This document shows positions 1 to 14,529 of a DNA stretch of 64,000 nucleotides, piece after piece; the stretch's first letter is position 1; each line of letters opens with the position of its first letter. The position numbers and the translations under genes are program-made. The notes beneath the pieces were generated by a model. The model was not told the DNA's origin and made no database searches. It saw only the letters and a list, made by a program, of their open reading frames with translations. The DNA is from Octopus sinensis (Eukaryota). Where the stretch lies: NCBI RefSeq assembly GCF_006345805.1, contig NC_043005.1:40858001-40922000 (forward strand), in the 5' to 3' direction.

Positions 1-193
1 CCCCACCTGCAAGGTCATGTGCTATTTATCTTGATATGAGATCATGTTGTGCACATATGGTTGTGATGGATGTGCCTACTGTACCCTTATCAGATGGGTA
101 GTCATGATGGGTATACTGGGCTTCATATATTTTACTCCATTGTCACTTTGATGGCATGCACTGCTCTCTCACTCAATAATAATAATAATAATG

Positions 194-220
<27 letters not shown>
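1..220 (+). mobile_element. 3' end of a retroposon with an (AAT)n tail
   Basis: ...gtcactttgatggcatgcactgctctctcactc followed by a long, slightly imperfect (AAT)n run; family not assigned. Confidence 0.5.
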
Positions 221-224
<4 letters not shown>

Positions 225-3200
225 GAACTGCCTGTAAATTTACTTTACATTTTTACTTAACTATTGTATAGTACTTCATGTGTATATGTGTGTGTGTACC
301 ATGCACATATAGAGACAGAATGTATCTGTGTGTGGGTATGCACATGAATGACATGATACCCGTTAACGATTGGAGAATATACTGATTGAAAGTGTAGATA
401 ACAATAGAAAAGAAGTTAATAGGCTCATAAATGTACTGTATTGACATGAAGCTCCAACATTTCTTCACTAAAGAAGTAAAACTATGAAATTACTTAGCTT
501 TCTTATGCTGATCAAAAAGTACTCAAACCAATTGTATAGACAACAGACAAGTCTGCTGCAGTTTACATCAACCAGTGATGTAAATGGAGCAGTTTTATCA
601 AAATCACTTTAGATCATTACTTTAGATAGAAGTTCTTTCAGATAAATGTATTTAATTACTAATGTACTCCTCCAACTCAGTTTGAAAATATTATGACATT
701 GATAAAATTGATGGTAATCTACCCAGAACTGAATCTGGAATAGTTGTTGGTCTGTTAGAATAGTTTTGGCTGTCAGTGCTCTTTATCGCTTACTTACAGA
801 ATGTGTTGAACAAATGAAGAAAGCTTTCTATGTTGCTTAATTTTTCTTTATTATTATTTTTCAAATAAATAAATGACAGTCAGCAAAAGTACTGATCAAA
901 ACAACACAAGAGAACCATAGCTCTTCGAAATTGAGTAACAATAATGGGTACAATTAGCAGGTAGATAGTGTTTAGTGTTTGCATTCAAGTACATGACAGA
1001 CTAAACACAGTTATTCTCACCACAGTTGGCTGCTAGAAGACAGTACCAATGCAAATGCCACTCATACATAGACAAAACATAATTTCAGTGAATTAGAAAT
1101 GAGTGGTTGTCACACAAATAAATCAATACTTGGTAATAAAACAACTCAAGTCCTACTGTTCTGCAGATCAAAGTCACCAAATTAAACTTTTAGCCCTCCA
1201 ATCTTCAAGTATTGAGTCAATGAAGAAACCTCTATGAAGCTGCTCAACCTGCTAGACATATGGATAATTTTCCCTCAAATCACACACTAACATCTTTAAA
1301 AAGGATGTATTGCATAATGTAGTCTTGTGTCAAAATAAATCAACTAAACAGGGAAGAAAAAGCACATGGTAAACATGGCCTTGAAAGTGAATCCTACCAG
1401 AAGAGTCTCTAAGTCCATATGCCTGAAATGACTGTCCTATCCAAGGGTAAGATATGTAATATATCACAGACAGAGGGAAATTTTAAAAAGAGAGGTATTG
1501 GCAAGCCAGATTTCATTATCAGATCTGAATTATATTTCAGTGGTTAGGTGAGTTTATTTGACCTAATCTTCAGGTTAATTTCTTCAATGTTTTCATCCTA
1601 GTCTGCAAAAAATGGAGACAATGAGAACAGCATGAATGAATAACAACTTTCTTTGTGTGAGGTATACTAAACAAGATTACATAATCTAGTAAAGAGGAAT
1701 CTAACATGCAGATCCATTCAACTAATATGATTAATTAATAGGTGTGAAAAACATCAATAAATACAGACTAAGCAAAATTGTAAGAATATCTTACTTTCCC
1801 AAAATAACTTTGAAATATCACTTCAAAACAAAAAAAAAGAAAAATAATTAAAGTTTCTATACCAACAATGTTCCAAGATTCTCATAGTAAAGCAAGTTTT
1901 TCTCCTCTCTCCCTTTCTTCTTGTCTACATCATATACAAATTGTCTGTATTCATGTAAACCCAAGACATGTTTGTCACTTAAAAACTTATTTGTTACAAT
2001 GTCTTAATTATTTTTTAGTCTACTAAAAGTAAGATATGTTTTTAGTTATTTCTTTCTGAAGGTATGTTACTTTATTTTCATATCACAATAAACAAATGCC
2101 TTTCTGCACTACCAGTATCAATATATAATTTAATCCATCTTTGAAATTTATCATTACAAGAAATAACCACATGTATGAGCCTTTTCTTTCTTATTAAACA
2201 TACTAACATAAATAAGATGAGCTTTTTGCTACAATGAAGGCAACCCATTTCAGAAAATAAACACTGGTGTTGTGAAGGAAAATCTCATAGTTATCATATA
2301 AAAGTGAAGGCACTCTGTCTTACAGAACAGATGCTCCAAAACGAAACTTACATAGGTTAGAAAGAAACCTTGATCCCACAACACAATCTCTCTTGTACAG
2401 ATGCTACAATAAATACATCCAATGGTCGGTGATGATTGAATATGAGAGAAAGATAAGAAAGATAGTGAAGTCGCAGGATTCAAATCATAAAAATAGCATA
2501 TAAAAAAAATGAAAATACTAAAATTTTCATTGGGACAAATTTTTTAAAAACTAAAATAAAATACATCAAATGTCATAGGAATATAAATAAGATAAAGTCA
2601 GATGGCTTAGAATTTTGATAACTGAGTTGATCAAAAATTATTTATATATCTAGTTCACACCTTACAGAAATTGTTTTTGTTGAAAAAAATCAATCTTAAT
2701 ATAATCAAATGCAATTTTCCCAACATATTAGAATATTTACAAAAAAAAAATTCTTCAATTGCTAAGATGCAATGCATGTGGAAATGAAAGAGAATGTTGA
2801 ACTTCAATGTTCTACTTTAACGTCTTTTAAAAAAAAAAGTATGTTTCTTCAAATTCTTGAAATATTAACTGGAGAAGTCCTTGAGAGAAAATAAACTTGT
2901 ATTTTCATTTTTAATTTGTTTTCCTTTTATCCTTATTATTAACAGGTTTAATGGTTATGTCATTTCAGTATTGAAGTGCAATTACCTAATATTACACAAA
3001 TACCTGTTTGTAAGATTGTAGACTTTCCAAATAGACAGAAGCTTCTTAATGATAGAAAATGGATCTAGGCTGCTAGAAATATTTCGACATGTGGGATACT
3101 TTTACAAGCTTCTTGAGTATAGAGAAAGGAATTCACCAAATATGTAAAATGTGTTAATACGAAGAATGACTAATGGATGAAAAATAGTTGTTAGAAACCT

Positions 3201-4827
3201 GTACAGCCACAAAGTGCTCATTTGCACCAACATGTATCATTAGCAGACATGCACAGTAAGAGAGGTGGACTGAAAGCTGGAACTACCATGTTTGTGCTTT
3301 GGATTTTGTGCCAATCTCCAAAGTTCTTGCTCAAAAGGCACCTCTCTTGGTAAGGTCATACTCCCCATCACTCACAGAACAAAGTCATTTATGATGCAGT
3401 TGCACCAAAGACCCTCTCAAGATGATGTAAACATCAGAACAGACAACCAAAATTCTGGTTTCCATGTCTATAGTTGATGAGCTTTGTCTCAGGCATTTCT
3501 GCTTGCCAGGAAGATGGGCGGGGGCGGGGGGTTCAACACTAGTTCACGTAGTAAGTACAATAGTTAGAATAAAAACACATGGGTCAAGGTAAACATTTTG
3601 AGTCTGGATATAATGAGAGCAAGTGTGGTTTCAAAATTGTATTAAGGCATGTTACTGATATATTAGACGTTTATAAATTATGGAGAAGGATGCAAGCATT
3701 AATCTATGAATGAGATCTTAAAGGCAAAAACTTGAGAAGAATCTATAAACGTTAATGGATGTAGAGGCAAGACATTACAATCTTCTTGGCAAGACATTGC
3801 AATCTTCCTGAATGAAGAAGGCTATTTAGATTCAAGCTAATATGCAACAAAATACTAAGGGAAACAAAGACTATCACAAAAATTTGTTGAGTAAAATTAA
3901 ACTTTGCACAGCCATAAATAACCTGAACAAATCCAGTCCTACCACTGTATCAAGAAAACAGACAAAACTAGTAAGTAAGGCAAATAAAGATCAATGGTAA
4001 AATTGCAACAAAAAAAAAAGAAAAAAAAAGACTTTCTTATACAAGAATGTTACCAGAAAATTTATACAAATATTAAAGGGAATTGCTTTTGGCATGTATA
4101 GTGAAGCGTAAACTTTATTTTGTTTCCTTTCCAGTAGCTGAAGATAAAGAAAAAAAAATGGTTATGATGAAATGACATAAAGAGACAATGTTACAAAATG
4201 TTAGCTGAGTTAAATAACATTATCATAAAAGTCACACTAATGGATACAAAAGTTCCTAAGATGGCACTGAAGACTGTACAAGTGTGTGAGTGTGCAACTT
4301 CTTCTGTACCAATAAGGAGAGCATCGCTATAACCAATAGTACTGTGTGAAAGATTAACCAGTACATTTATCAGACAGATTATAGTTGAAGCGAAATAGCA
4401 ACTACTTAATTTTGCTTGATATATTAAAAAATGAGAAAAGAGAGAAAAAGACACAAGGTGTAGTTAAAAGAACAAAACAAAATAAAAGGGTGTTGCTAAA
4501 AAAAGAAGGAAGATAAAAGCAATAAAAAAAGAGAAAATGTAAAAGGAAAAGAAATGAAATTAAGGAAAGCAAAAGACAAACAGAGAAAGAAACAGGAGGA
4601 AAAAAAGAATAACTGAAAGTAAAAGAGGTCATAGAGTACAAAGCTTTGGATGAGCAAAGAAAAAAATACCTTGTCCTGTGTAGCTTATAATATCTAAAAT
4701 TCAATATTGATTACAGACGTACTATGGTTATAACTTGTCAAAACTAGAGCGCAGTTTCTCAGCTTGCCCAGCAAAGAACAGTGGATTAACCACATGATCT
4801 ATGTGTGTGTGTGCATGTGTGTTTATA

Positions 4828-4929
<102 letters not shown>

Positions 4930-6373
4930 CACAAACATACACTAAAGTGCACATACGTGAAAACAAACAGATGTAATATATCTAAAGACAGCTTGCTGTT
5001 AACTTATTTCAAGAGCAGGGTGGTGGGGTATTAGACTGTTTTTTGATGTTCCTCTGGAATGTGTGTTGTCATTGACTGTTGAATATCACTGCTGAAACAA
5101 GTGTTCAGATAAATGTCAATAAATATTTTTGAAATATAAATAAACCTTGGTTATATCAGAAGTTTCAATGTCACCAAGACATATCTTACTGTTGGCAACA
5201 CCAATTCACTAAAAATCTATTGAGCAACATCAGTCAGCTCCATACAAGTAAGTGTATAATATGTCAGTCATTTTACTTAGACACAGTGACTGTATTGCAC
5301 TTTTAAATTTTCAGTGGTTGGTTCTAAAACATCTGGACATACTGAGAAATTTGAGAAGTTATTGAAAATTTTGCATGTATACTCCAGAAAATTCTTCACT
5401 GTTCTTTAGACATTAAGGATTTAAGACATGGTAATGCAAACTTTAGACAACCTTGGTGACATTGAAACTTTTGGCATCACCAAAGTCTATTTATACTTCC
5501 AGAACATTTACTGATTCTTATCTGAAAACTTACTTCAGCAGGGATAATCAAAAGTCACACACTGACAACATACATTTCAGGGGAACATCTCATCAAATAA
5601 GTTGAGCATGTGATGAGAACTGTTCAGAATAATTAGCAAAATCCAACTTTAAATATTTAAATTCTGTTACTTCACAGAGCTACTGTTCAGATCAGAGATA
5701 ATGGTAATGTGGATATCTAGGTCTCCTCCAAATGAAGAAAAAGAAGCACATTTAGAAAAGCATATCACAAGGGAAAAAAAAATCAAGAGCTTGCTTAATA
5801 ATCTCATCCATCAACATTTGAAAACTTCTTTAGAATGAGCTAAAAGGGACACTTTAAGTGATCACTATACTTGATATCTATGGCAACCAAACCTTCTTTA
5901 AACCACTCTACTCTCTAAAAGAAAAAAAATACTAGATGAAGTAGTCTGAGATACACTATTCTTGAGAAAAGCAGAGAATGATTAAGGTTTAAATGTTTCA
6001 ATCATATGTCTGCATGATCAGAATTACCCTGGGATTAACCTACAACTTCCTCAGGGTTATCCAAAAATATTCAAAGATCCTGAAGTTGACTTATTTAATC
6101 CTTCTTGAGTTTGGGGAAAACATCAGAGATGATTTTATGAGTAGGACTTATTGATGAAACAGCTTATCTTAGACATACACTGCACACATAGTCAATAAAT
6201 GCCTGACTTTAATAGGTCAAATCTTAACATGTGACACAATGAAAAGACATACGTGCATACAGAGATAAATAAAGAAATTAGAAATTGCCTCTGATAGAAC
6301 TGCTGCTACAACTGGTACAAAATGATAAAGTGTCTTCATTTAAACAAATACCTGCTCGACAGTTGATGGCTTA

Positions 6374-7652
6374 TATCAGATCATTAAGAATGAAATATCC
6401 GATTTTCTTATGCACCAAGTTTGACAGTTAACTCTAATGTTTTATCCTGATAATTTTACAACATTGAAGAGTTACATCATCACTTTTTGAAATACAATTC
6501 ATCGTGTCTGATTTATATAGGGAGTTTTCTCTTGTAAATCAATTTTTGTGAACCCATGGATAGATCAAATATTTTGTGTTGTTTATGAATATGAGTTCTG
6601 TCACGGAACAAATGCATCCCAGACAACTCGAAAATTCAATGCGGTGTTTGGTGAAGATGTGGTGAATGAGTGCATTGTACATTGATGGTTTGAGAAGTTC
6701 CTGTCTGGTGACTTTACTCTTGAAAATCAACCCTGTGGTAGACCTGAGACCAAGGTGGATAATGATGAGCTGGAAACTAATGGAAGCAGATACAACTCAA
6801 ACTGCATGTGAGTTAGCAGCAAAGTTTGATGTTTTGATTCCAACTGTACTGGATCACCTGAAACAAATCAGCAACATAAAGAAGCTAGACAAGTGGGTGC
6901 TACATGAACTGAACAAGCATCAAATGACATCTCACCTTGAAACTTGCTGCTCTTTGCTGTCACAGCATAGAAGTGAACCATTTTTGCATTGTATTGTTAT
7001 GCATGATGAAAAATGGATTCTTTTCAATTATAGCAAGCATTCTGCACAGTGGTTGGATAGAAACAAAGTGTCAAAACACAATCCAAAAAAGAATATTCAT
7101 CAAAAAGAGCTAATGGTGTTTGTTTGGTGGTCCAGTGCTAGTGTCATCCACTAAGCTTCATGAGACCGGGTAAGTCACTTACAGCAGATGTATACATCAA
7201 CCAATTGGATGAATGATAAGTAACCTTGCAATTAAACAACCAAGATTGGTCAATAGAGACAGGCCAATTCCCTTGCAAGACAATGCTCAACCACATGTTG
7301 CACAAAGAATGCTACTCATGTTACAGGAATTGAACTTGGAAGTACTCTATCATCCACCATATTCACCAGACCTTGCAGCAACTGACTATCATGTTTTCCA
7401 GACATTAGACAACTTTTTGCAAGGAAAAACACCAAATCTGAAGAAGGTGCAAAAACAGCCTTTTGTGATTTCATCACCTCTTGCTCTCCAGAATTCTTCA
7501 CTGCTGGCATAAATAAGCTACTGATAAAAATGGCAATATTGTGTTGATAATTTAAGAGCATACTTTGATTAACTGCATTGCTTTTAGTTGAGATAAAAAG
7601 TAAAATAAACTTTCAGTTCAAAATCAGACATTTCATTCTTAATGACCTGATA
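6374..7652 (+). mobile_element. Near full-length mariner (D,D34D) transposon with an inactivated transposase
   Basis: TIRs tatcagatcattaagaatgaaatatccgatttt (6374) and aaaatcagacatttcattcttaatgacctgata (about 7620-7652), 5' TA flank, about 1.28 kb. Motifs WV(L)HEL, HDEKW, QDNAQPH, YSPDLAATD with 34 residues between the last two Asp. Broken by frameshifts and stops (ORFs 6666-7154, 7213-7512). Confidence 0.93.
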
Positions 7653-9426
7653 ACAACACCAACACTAACTAGCGAAACAGACTTGATGGTAGTGAAATAT
7701 ATATGAGAAATACTGTGTAAACTAAAGCAGTGTCTAAGAATTAATTCTAATAGATAGAGATTCTAGAAAAAAAAAGTCTTTTAGTTACTGCACAGACTGT
7801 AGTATGTCCCTTTACTGCATTAAGTTCCTTTAGGTGTAGGCATGGTACCAAACTTGTAAAATGAGGCAAATTATTACTATGTGTAATATGTATAAGCTTC
7901 TCATTTATTGTCCCAAAGTATTTTCAATCTAAGTTGTTATAGATTGCTTCCAGTTAGTTTCTAAAGACATACATTAATAAGGTGTTCAATTGGCATTTTT
8001 AGCCACAGATTTTCCATCTTTTAATGTGGGTCTTAAGTTTTAGAGCATTAAACATGGGTTCCAATGACAGAAATTTGATAAATATATCAAGAAAGTCAAT
8101 CTGCTAGAAATAGCAGTCATGTCTTAAATCATACCCACACATCTTAAAAGCTGAAGAATACCTTGGATAATATATGTTCACATATATCTTACAAAATATA
8201 AATAAATAAATAAATAAATAAATAAAAAGGTGAATATTCACAAGATGTAAATAATTTAAGGTCATTGGTTGGCTCAGTCAGGGCAAACAAAAAACTTCCA
8301 TTATTGTGCAAATTTTTGTTCTGTTTTGCTACAAAAGACAATATCTGGTTTATTATGGTTGCATGATGCACCACCAAACTCTTCTGTTGCTATTCTATGT
8401 ATATACATAGTTGTCTATATTTAAAAGTCCATTTACCTTCTTATAAATTGCTAATGTATGTATGCATGATAGAATGCTGTAAAACCATTGCTTAAATATT
8501 AGAAAACCTGACAGGTCTTATAATAACTGTGATAAGAATTGTTAGTAAAACAGAAGTAGCAGCAGATGCTGTGGTGGTGAAATCCTAGAGATAACATGGA
8601 TTCTTCTCTACAATAACTCAAACATATACATTTGGATAACACAGATGAAGTAAATGCAGCTGACATAAATGGTATAATATACATATATGGTACATGAATG
8701 TGCACATATGTTCAAAATTACAGGAAGATACGTGTACTCATAGATTTATATGTGTATATACAAAGAGATGTACAAAAGCAGGCATATGCATAAGAAAAAA
8801 GACTGTCAATAACAGAAAGCTTTCAAAAAAGGCATGTTAGTTGGTAGGTCAGAAAAGGATTAATTTGTATTATTCTTTGAAGAGAGGAAAACCTCAAATA
8901 ATGAAATGTACTATAATGGATATTTTGCAAATACATAATGGATATCTTGTTTGGAATTTAGCCAATTCCATTATAGAATTGAATACAATATGGACATATA
9001 TAAACACACTCAAACATATATTAGATGTATACAAAAATACATTTATATATTAGCAAATACATATGTATACATAGACAAACATATATAAAAAATATACCTA
9101 CATATTTCTATATCATACACACACATGTACACAAACAAACATACAGATATATACATACGCAAACATGTCAACACTTTTACATCTATTTCTTTCTATGCTG
9201 ACATAGGTTGGACAAGACTTAATGAAGTAATATTCTTATCACCAGCAACACATGCCTATTTTTCAAGTGAGGTAATTGAAAGGTTTAGGTGACCACATCA
9301 ATCCAGTACTTTATTTAAAGTCTGTTATGTATTCTATTGTTTTTTTGGGTTTTTTTTTCTGAACTACAAGGTTACAGTAAATGCGAAAACTCCAACACAA
9401 GTTAAGCAGTAAGACATATCACAAAT

Positions 9427-9509
<83 letters not shown>

Positions 9510-9734
9510 GACAGGCTTCCACAGAGATCCATCCACTAATTCACTTCTGAGACATTGGTCAGCTAGAAGGTATTTAACAAGATGTCACTGCAGTGGTACT
9601 GACCTAACTACAAAGCAGTGCTGAAGCAAACTTCTTAAACACACACCCATGTGTTCAATAGGACACATTTATGAACACACACATACATACACACACTCTC
9701 ATATATATATATATATCCTCTACAGACGTTGGGA

Positions 9735-10094
9735 CTCACAGGGATGATGACAGAGGACTGAGACTCCTGGTGATTTGCTGCACTTGAAAAGACATGTCAA
9801 GCTTAGTAAAAGCATGGTTGTCCTTGCATACAAGCTCGTCGCCTGCAACCCTCTCAAACTGAGCATCTCTAATCAAGTAGGGTTGTGGGTGCTGGTGCCA
9901 TGTCAAAAGCACCTGAACCAGTGCTGCATAGAAGCACCCACTACACTCTGTAAAGTGGTTGGTATTAGAAAGTGCATCCAGCTGTAGAAACCATGCCAAA
10001 ACAGACAGGGAGCCTGAACAGCTTCTCAGCTGGTCAGCCTCTGCCAAGCCATCCAGCTGATGCCAGCAGGGAAAATGGATGTTAAATGATGATG

Positions 10095-10098
<4 letters not shown>
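9735..10098 (+). mobile_element. RTE LINE 3' end with (GAT)n tail
   Basis: Ends ...ggaaaatggatgttaaatgatgatgat. The same tail recurs at about 43990-44460, 51460-51680, 57640-58280, 59070-59400, 62900 and 63390-63600. Confidence 0.7.
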
Positions 10099-10140
<42 letters not shown>

Positions 10141-10859
10141 ATTTAGATTCAGATGAATATGGTACTTAAGTTGAGGGACCAGATTTTAATATGGTATTAT
10201 CCATACAATTTCAAAATAAAGTGATTAAAATCAAAATAAGTAACAAGGATATCCAGAGGTAATGCAGTACGATCGTTTCATGTGACTCTATTTAATTGAA
10301 CAATGCAATCATTTCATTACATCAATTTAAAATGTAGAGCAATCTTCAGTTGCACAAAGACAGAATTTAATTAAATTAGGACACATTAGTATAATTTTAC
10401 CCAAAATCTCCAAGAGGATAAGGAGATAGACAAATAATATATGTGCGTGTATATATATATATACATATATTCATCTTTGTCCAAAATAGGACAGAAACAA
10501 AAATATAGAGGTATGAAACTATCCCTTAATAAATTGCAGTATTATAGCCAAGGCCAGCAAGTATAAGGCAGCAAATGCATTCTCTGTATCACAGAGAAGC
10601 TAAATAGTCTAACTCCAACAATGTATATCTTGAATAATGGAGCAGAAACTTTCCATTCACTGACACAGGCAGCAGTTTAAAATTAAGGAATTTTAAGCAA
10701 TTCTCCATTTCAAATAATCCAACTATCTAGCCCAGTTAACCTAACCTGGGTGGTGCACTACTGGAATACTTTGCATTTGTCAGTTTAATGTAAAAAAAAA
10801 AAAAAAAGTGTATTATATTTGTATGGAAATGTTTATACATGTGTCTTTTGATGTGTTCA

Positions 10860-11220
10860 TGAAAAGATGGTGGTGAGATGGGGCAACAAAAACAAAAAAA
10901 AAAAAGAAAGAAAGAAGAAACAGGAAAGTAAAATGTGAAATGAGAGAAGGCAAAAGGAAATGATGAGGTTCAGAAATAAAAAGTAGGGGAGAAGGGAAAA
11001 TAAACAGAAAAAAGGAAACAAATGTGTAAAGAAATTAAGACAGAGAAAAAGAAAAAGAAAAGATAAACAAAGAAAATAGAGAAAAAAAGAACTAGGAAAA
11101 TAAAAATTAAAAAAGAGAAGGTAAAATGAGATATGGGGTAGAAAAAGAAAGAAGCGATGAAGAAATGTAAAAGACAGAAGAAACAAGGAAAGACGGATAA
11201 ACTGCAGCAGGGAGAGCAAA
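10860..11220. repeat. Purine-rich (A/G) low-complexity tract
   Basis: Direct inspection; similar tracts at about 4420-4660 and 32340-32560. Confidence 0.85.
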
Positions 11221-14200
11221 GCCCAATATAAAATTAGATCCCTTGAAACTGGAAAACATTTTGATATTAGATATTATAAGCAGGAATTTAAGACAGGGGC
11301 ACTGGTAGAACCTGAACCAATTATTTGCTTGTAAAGTGACTATTTTATTGATTGCATAACAGAAAGACTCAGTTAATTCATAATTTGAAAATTAGCAACA
11401 CTTAGTAAGCAGAATTAGATGTCCAACAGACATTGTCTAATTCTGCTTGCTATGTGCAAAGAACTGCATATTTGTTTGAGGGCAAGGAACAAAATAAAAA
11501 ATGAAATAAATTCAGAGAGAGTAATAGCTGATGGAATTAATCCAATATAATTACTGGTAAATTATTCATTTATTATTCCTGAGGGATGAAAGGCAAAGTC
11601 AACACCAATTAGATTCAAACAGAAGAATGAGACACCAAATTAGATAGATACTAATATGATTTGTAATGCCTTTGCCAATTCCTAGACCTGATAATAGTGA
11701 TTTCTTTTGACAGTGCATGCAGACAAGAATTGTAAAAGTAAAGTACAGGCAGCTAAAACAATCCAGCCCACTATGTGACATGCTAATATTACTGACTACA
11801 GAATAATGAAAACAGTGAGATTTGACAGAATTTGAATATGGAATCCATAAAAATACAGCTGAATAATTCTATTAAGTTTAATCCTCAGTTTTACCATTAA
11901 ATATTATCTCTAACTTTTGCACAGCACCACAGTCTATGAGAAAAAGTTTAGGGAGAAAAACTCTAGTAGATTTGATTTCGATCTTAGACTGATAATATAG
12001 TATCAACCTGAGAGGGATGGAAAACAAAATAACCCAAAAGGATTTCATCTCAGAAAGTAATACAACACAATACCACATTGAGTTCAAATACTCTTAGAGT
12101 TGTTGTTTTCTTAGGCACTGAAGTGTCTATGCTTGGATGTTATCAGAGCATTTGTTTTCACAACTTGATGCTAATCCCTTATTCATTAAACAGTGTGGAC
12201 TGTCTTATATTACATAAACTGCAATTAACAGAATAGGTTACTTTACTCAAAGTTACAACAATGCAGTTGCTGTAGGCAGTAATCCAGCATTTTAATCTTA
12301 CATTCTGTTGTATAAGCAATTTCTAATAGATATAAAACCATAGTCTGGCAGAGGATTTTGTCAATAGTATCAACCCAGTATTTAACTGCCCTTATAAAAA
12401 TGAATATCTTTCATTGGCACTTCACCACCTTCATTAATTATAGAATGACTTCTATTAAAATAATAATGAAAAGAGATTTTGTGAAGAGGAAGAAACTGAA
12501 AATTGTGATGTGCATTCTTTTATCTCGAGAGAATTATCATTTCAAGAGATGCAATTCAAACTGGAAATCAAAAGAAAATCTTAGCTGAGTCACCTAAAGC
12601 TGAGTTATACTACAATTACAAAAACTCACTTACAAAAAGAAAAAAGAAAAATGGAAAGGGAAAGGAATAATATTGTGACTGGTGAAGGGAAATAAGATCC
12701 TTCTGGGCAGTAACACAAGAAGAAACAACCACCATCACCATGTCCTGTCGAGCAGCAGCACAAGAAAGAATAACAACATCTAGCAATGTCATAGGAATTC
12801 TTGGAATGGGTAAGAGACATTTCTGTGATATTTATTTACAGGTTTGAGATGACTATGCTTCACTGATGTTGTTTGATTGCATTGAATCATGTTTGTCTCT
12901 ATCACTATTCCTGTCAACAAAAATCAGATTTTCTCTTAAGCATGAAAATTATTTTGTGAAATAAATTCTCAATTTCTTAAAATTATCTCCCTTCTTCTTT
13001 ACCACTCACAATTACTTCTAGGATTTTGTTTATTTCTCCAACTAGGGGCCAGATTTCAATTCGTTATGAATTGGTTAATAAGTCATTTTGTACATCACAT
13101 TTTCCTGGTCATTGTAAGAAGAACCACTCACAAGACCAAATAGCTGTTAGAATGCAGAAGACTTGTGAATGTGAAAGAGAGATTTAAACATACAGAGTGA
13201 TGGTTGTCATGACCAAGTGTATAATATAAGATGGTTTTATTTCCTCATCTATCATGTCACACCACACACAATCAGTGATTTAATTGGCCATTGTCTCTTT
13301 GGCTTGAATGATGCGCAACAGATCAAAGAGGATTGAGATAGGAAGAGTAAAAGTTAAAAAGAAATAATATGATAAAGAGTTAGTAATGTCACCATGCAGT
13401 GAAACTGTAAAAAATGTGAGAAGTAAAGGGAAGGTGGTGAGTGAAAAGCAGTAAGAGAAACGAAACAGTGATGGATATGATAAAGGGGATAGTGAAAGGT
13501 GGAGTGAAATGGGAAGAGCAGCTAAGATAAGGCAAGAAAAAGTGAATAGGTGATAATTGTTACCAATTAAGATACTGGTGAGCTAATTAGCTCTATTTAT
13601 CACTATGCCCCATTTGCTAATGCCTGAAACGAAAATCAACACCACCAACAGCTACAATAATGCATTCTAACAATCTCTCTCTGTCCCTCACTATCTCTAT
13701 TTATCTATCTTTCTATTTCCCCTCTCTCACTCTCTCCATATCTCCAAGAAGGAAATATTGAGAAAATCATAAAATTTAATAGACTACATTTAATGCATCA
13801 CTGAAGTAATAAGATATTTTGACAGCATGCCCACTGCCAGACAACTGCAAACACACATGTACACAAACACACACACACACATTAGCAAATGTAACAGATA
13901 CAACCAACTCCTACACATGGACCAAAGGCTAAGCAAAATGTGTGCAACAATTTAAGAACAGCCAATGGAATAGCATCATGACCAGTCAAGAACATAATCT
14001 GTGATATGAGAATGTAATTGATTCTGATATAAACATCAAATTTTAAATTTATATTTGTAATGAAGTGAAAACATGATGTTGTAACATTCATATCTTTTTG
14101 AAAAACATTAGTGATGTCATAGCAATAGCTTTTAAGCAGAAATTGAAACTGAAAACTATAAGATGAATAGGATAGGAGCCATTTTTGACAGAGTAAAATA

Positions 14201-14529
14201 CAGAAGTTGTCATAGTTACTACTTATTTCTACAATTAGGGTTGATTACATATCTTCAAATTTCTCAGTCTATTAACTTCATTTTTATGAGTGTCTTTTTT
14301 TAAAACCTAAATATGTACATGGTCTTAAAACCTTTACTTCTAAACAATCTAAACAAATGTGCCATCAATTCACAAACCTGAATTACATCTTATCTAAATT
14401 TTCTTAATCAGTTGTGCTAACACTCCTTCAGTTACTTTCATAACTTGCTTCATCAATTTGGTGCATTTGGCTCATCAGTTTCATGCTTCTTACTATCACT
14501 TCTCTATTGCTTTTGTAAAACTCAATGAT

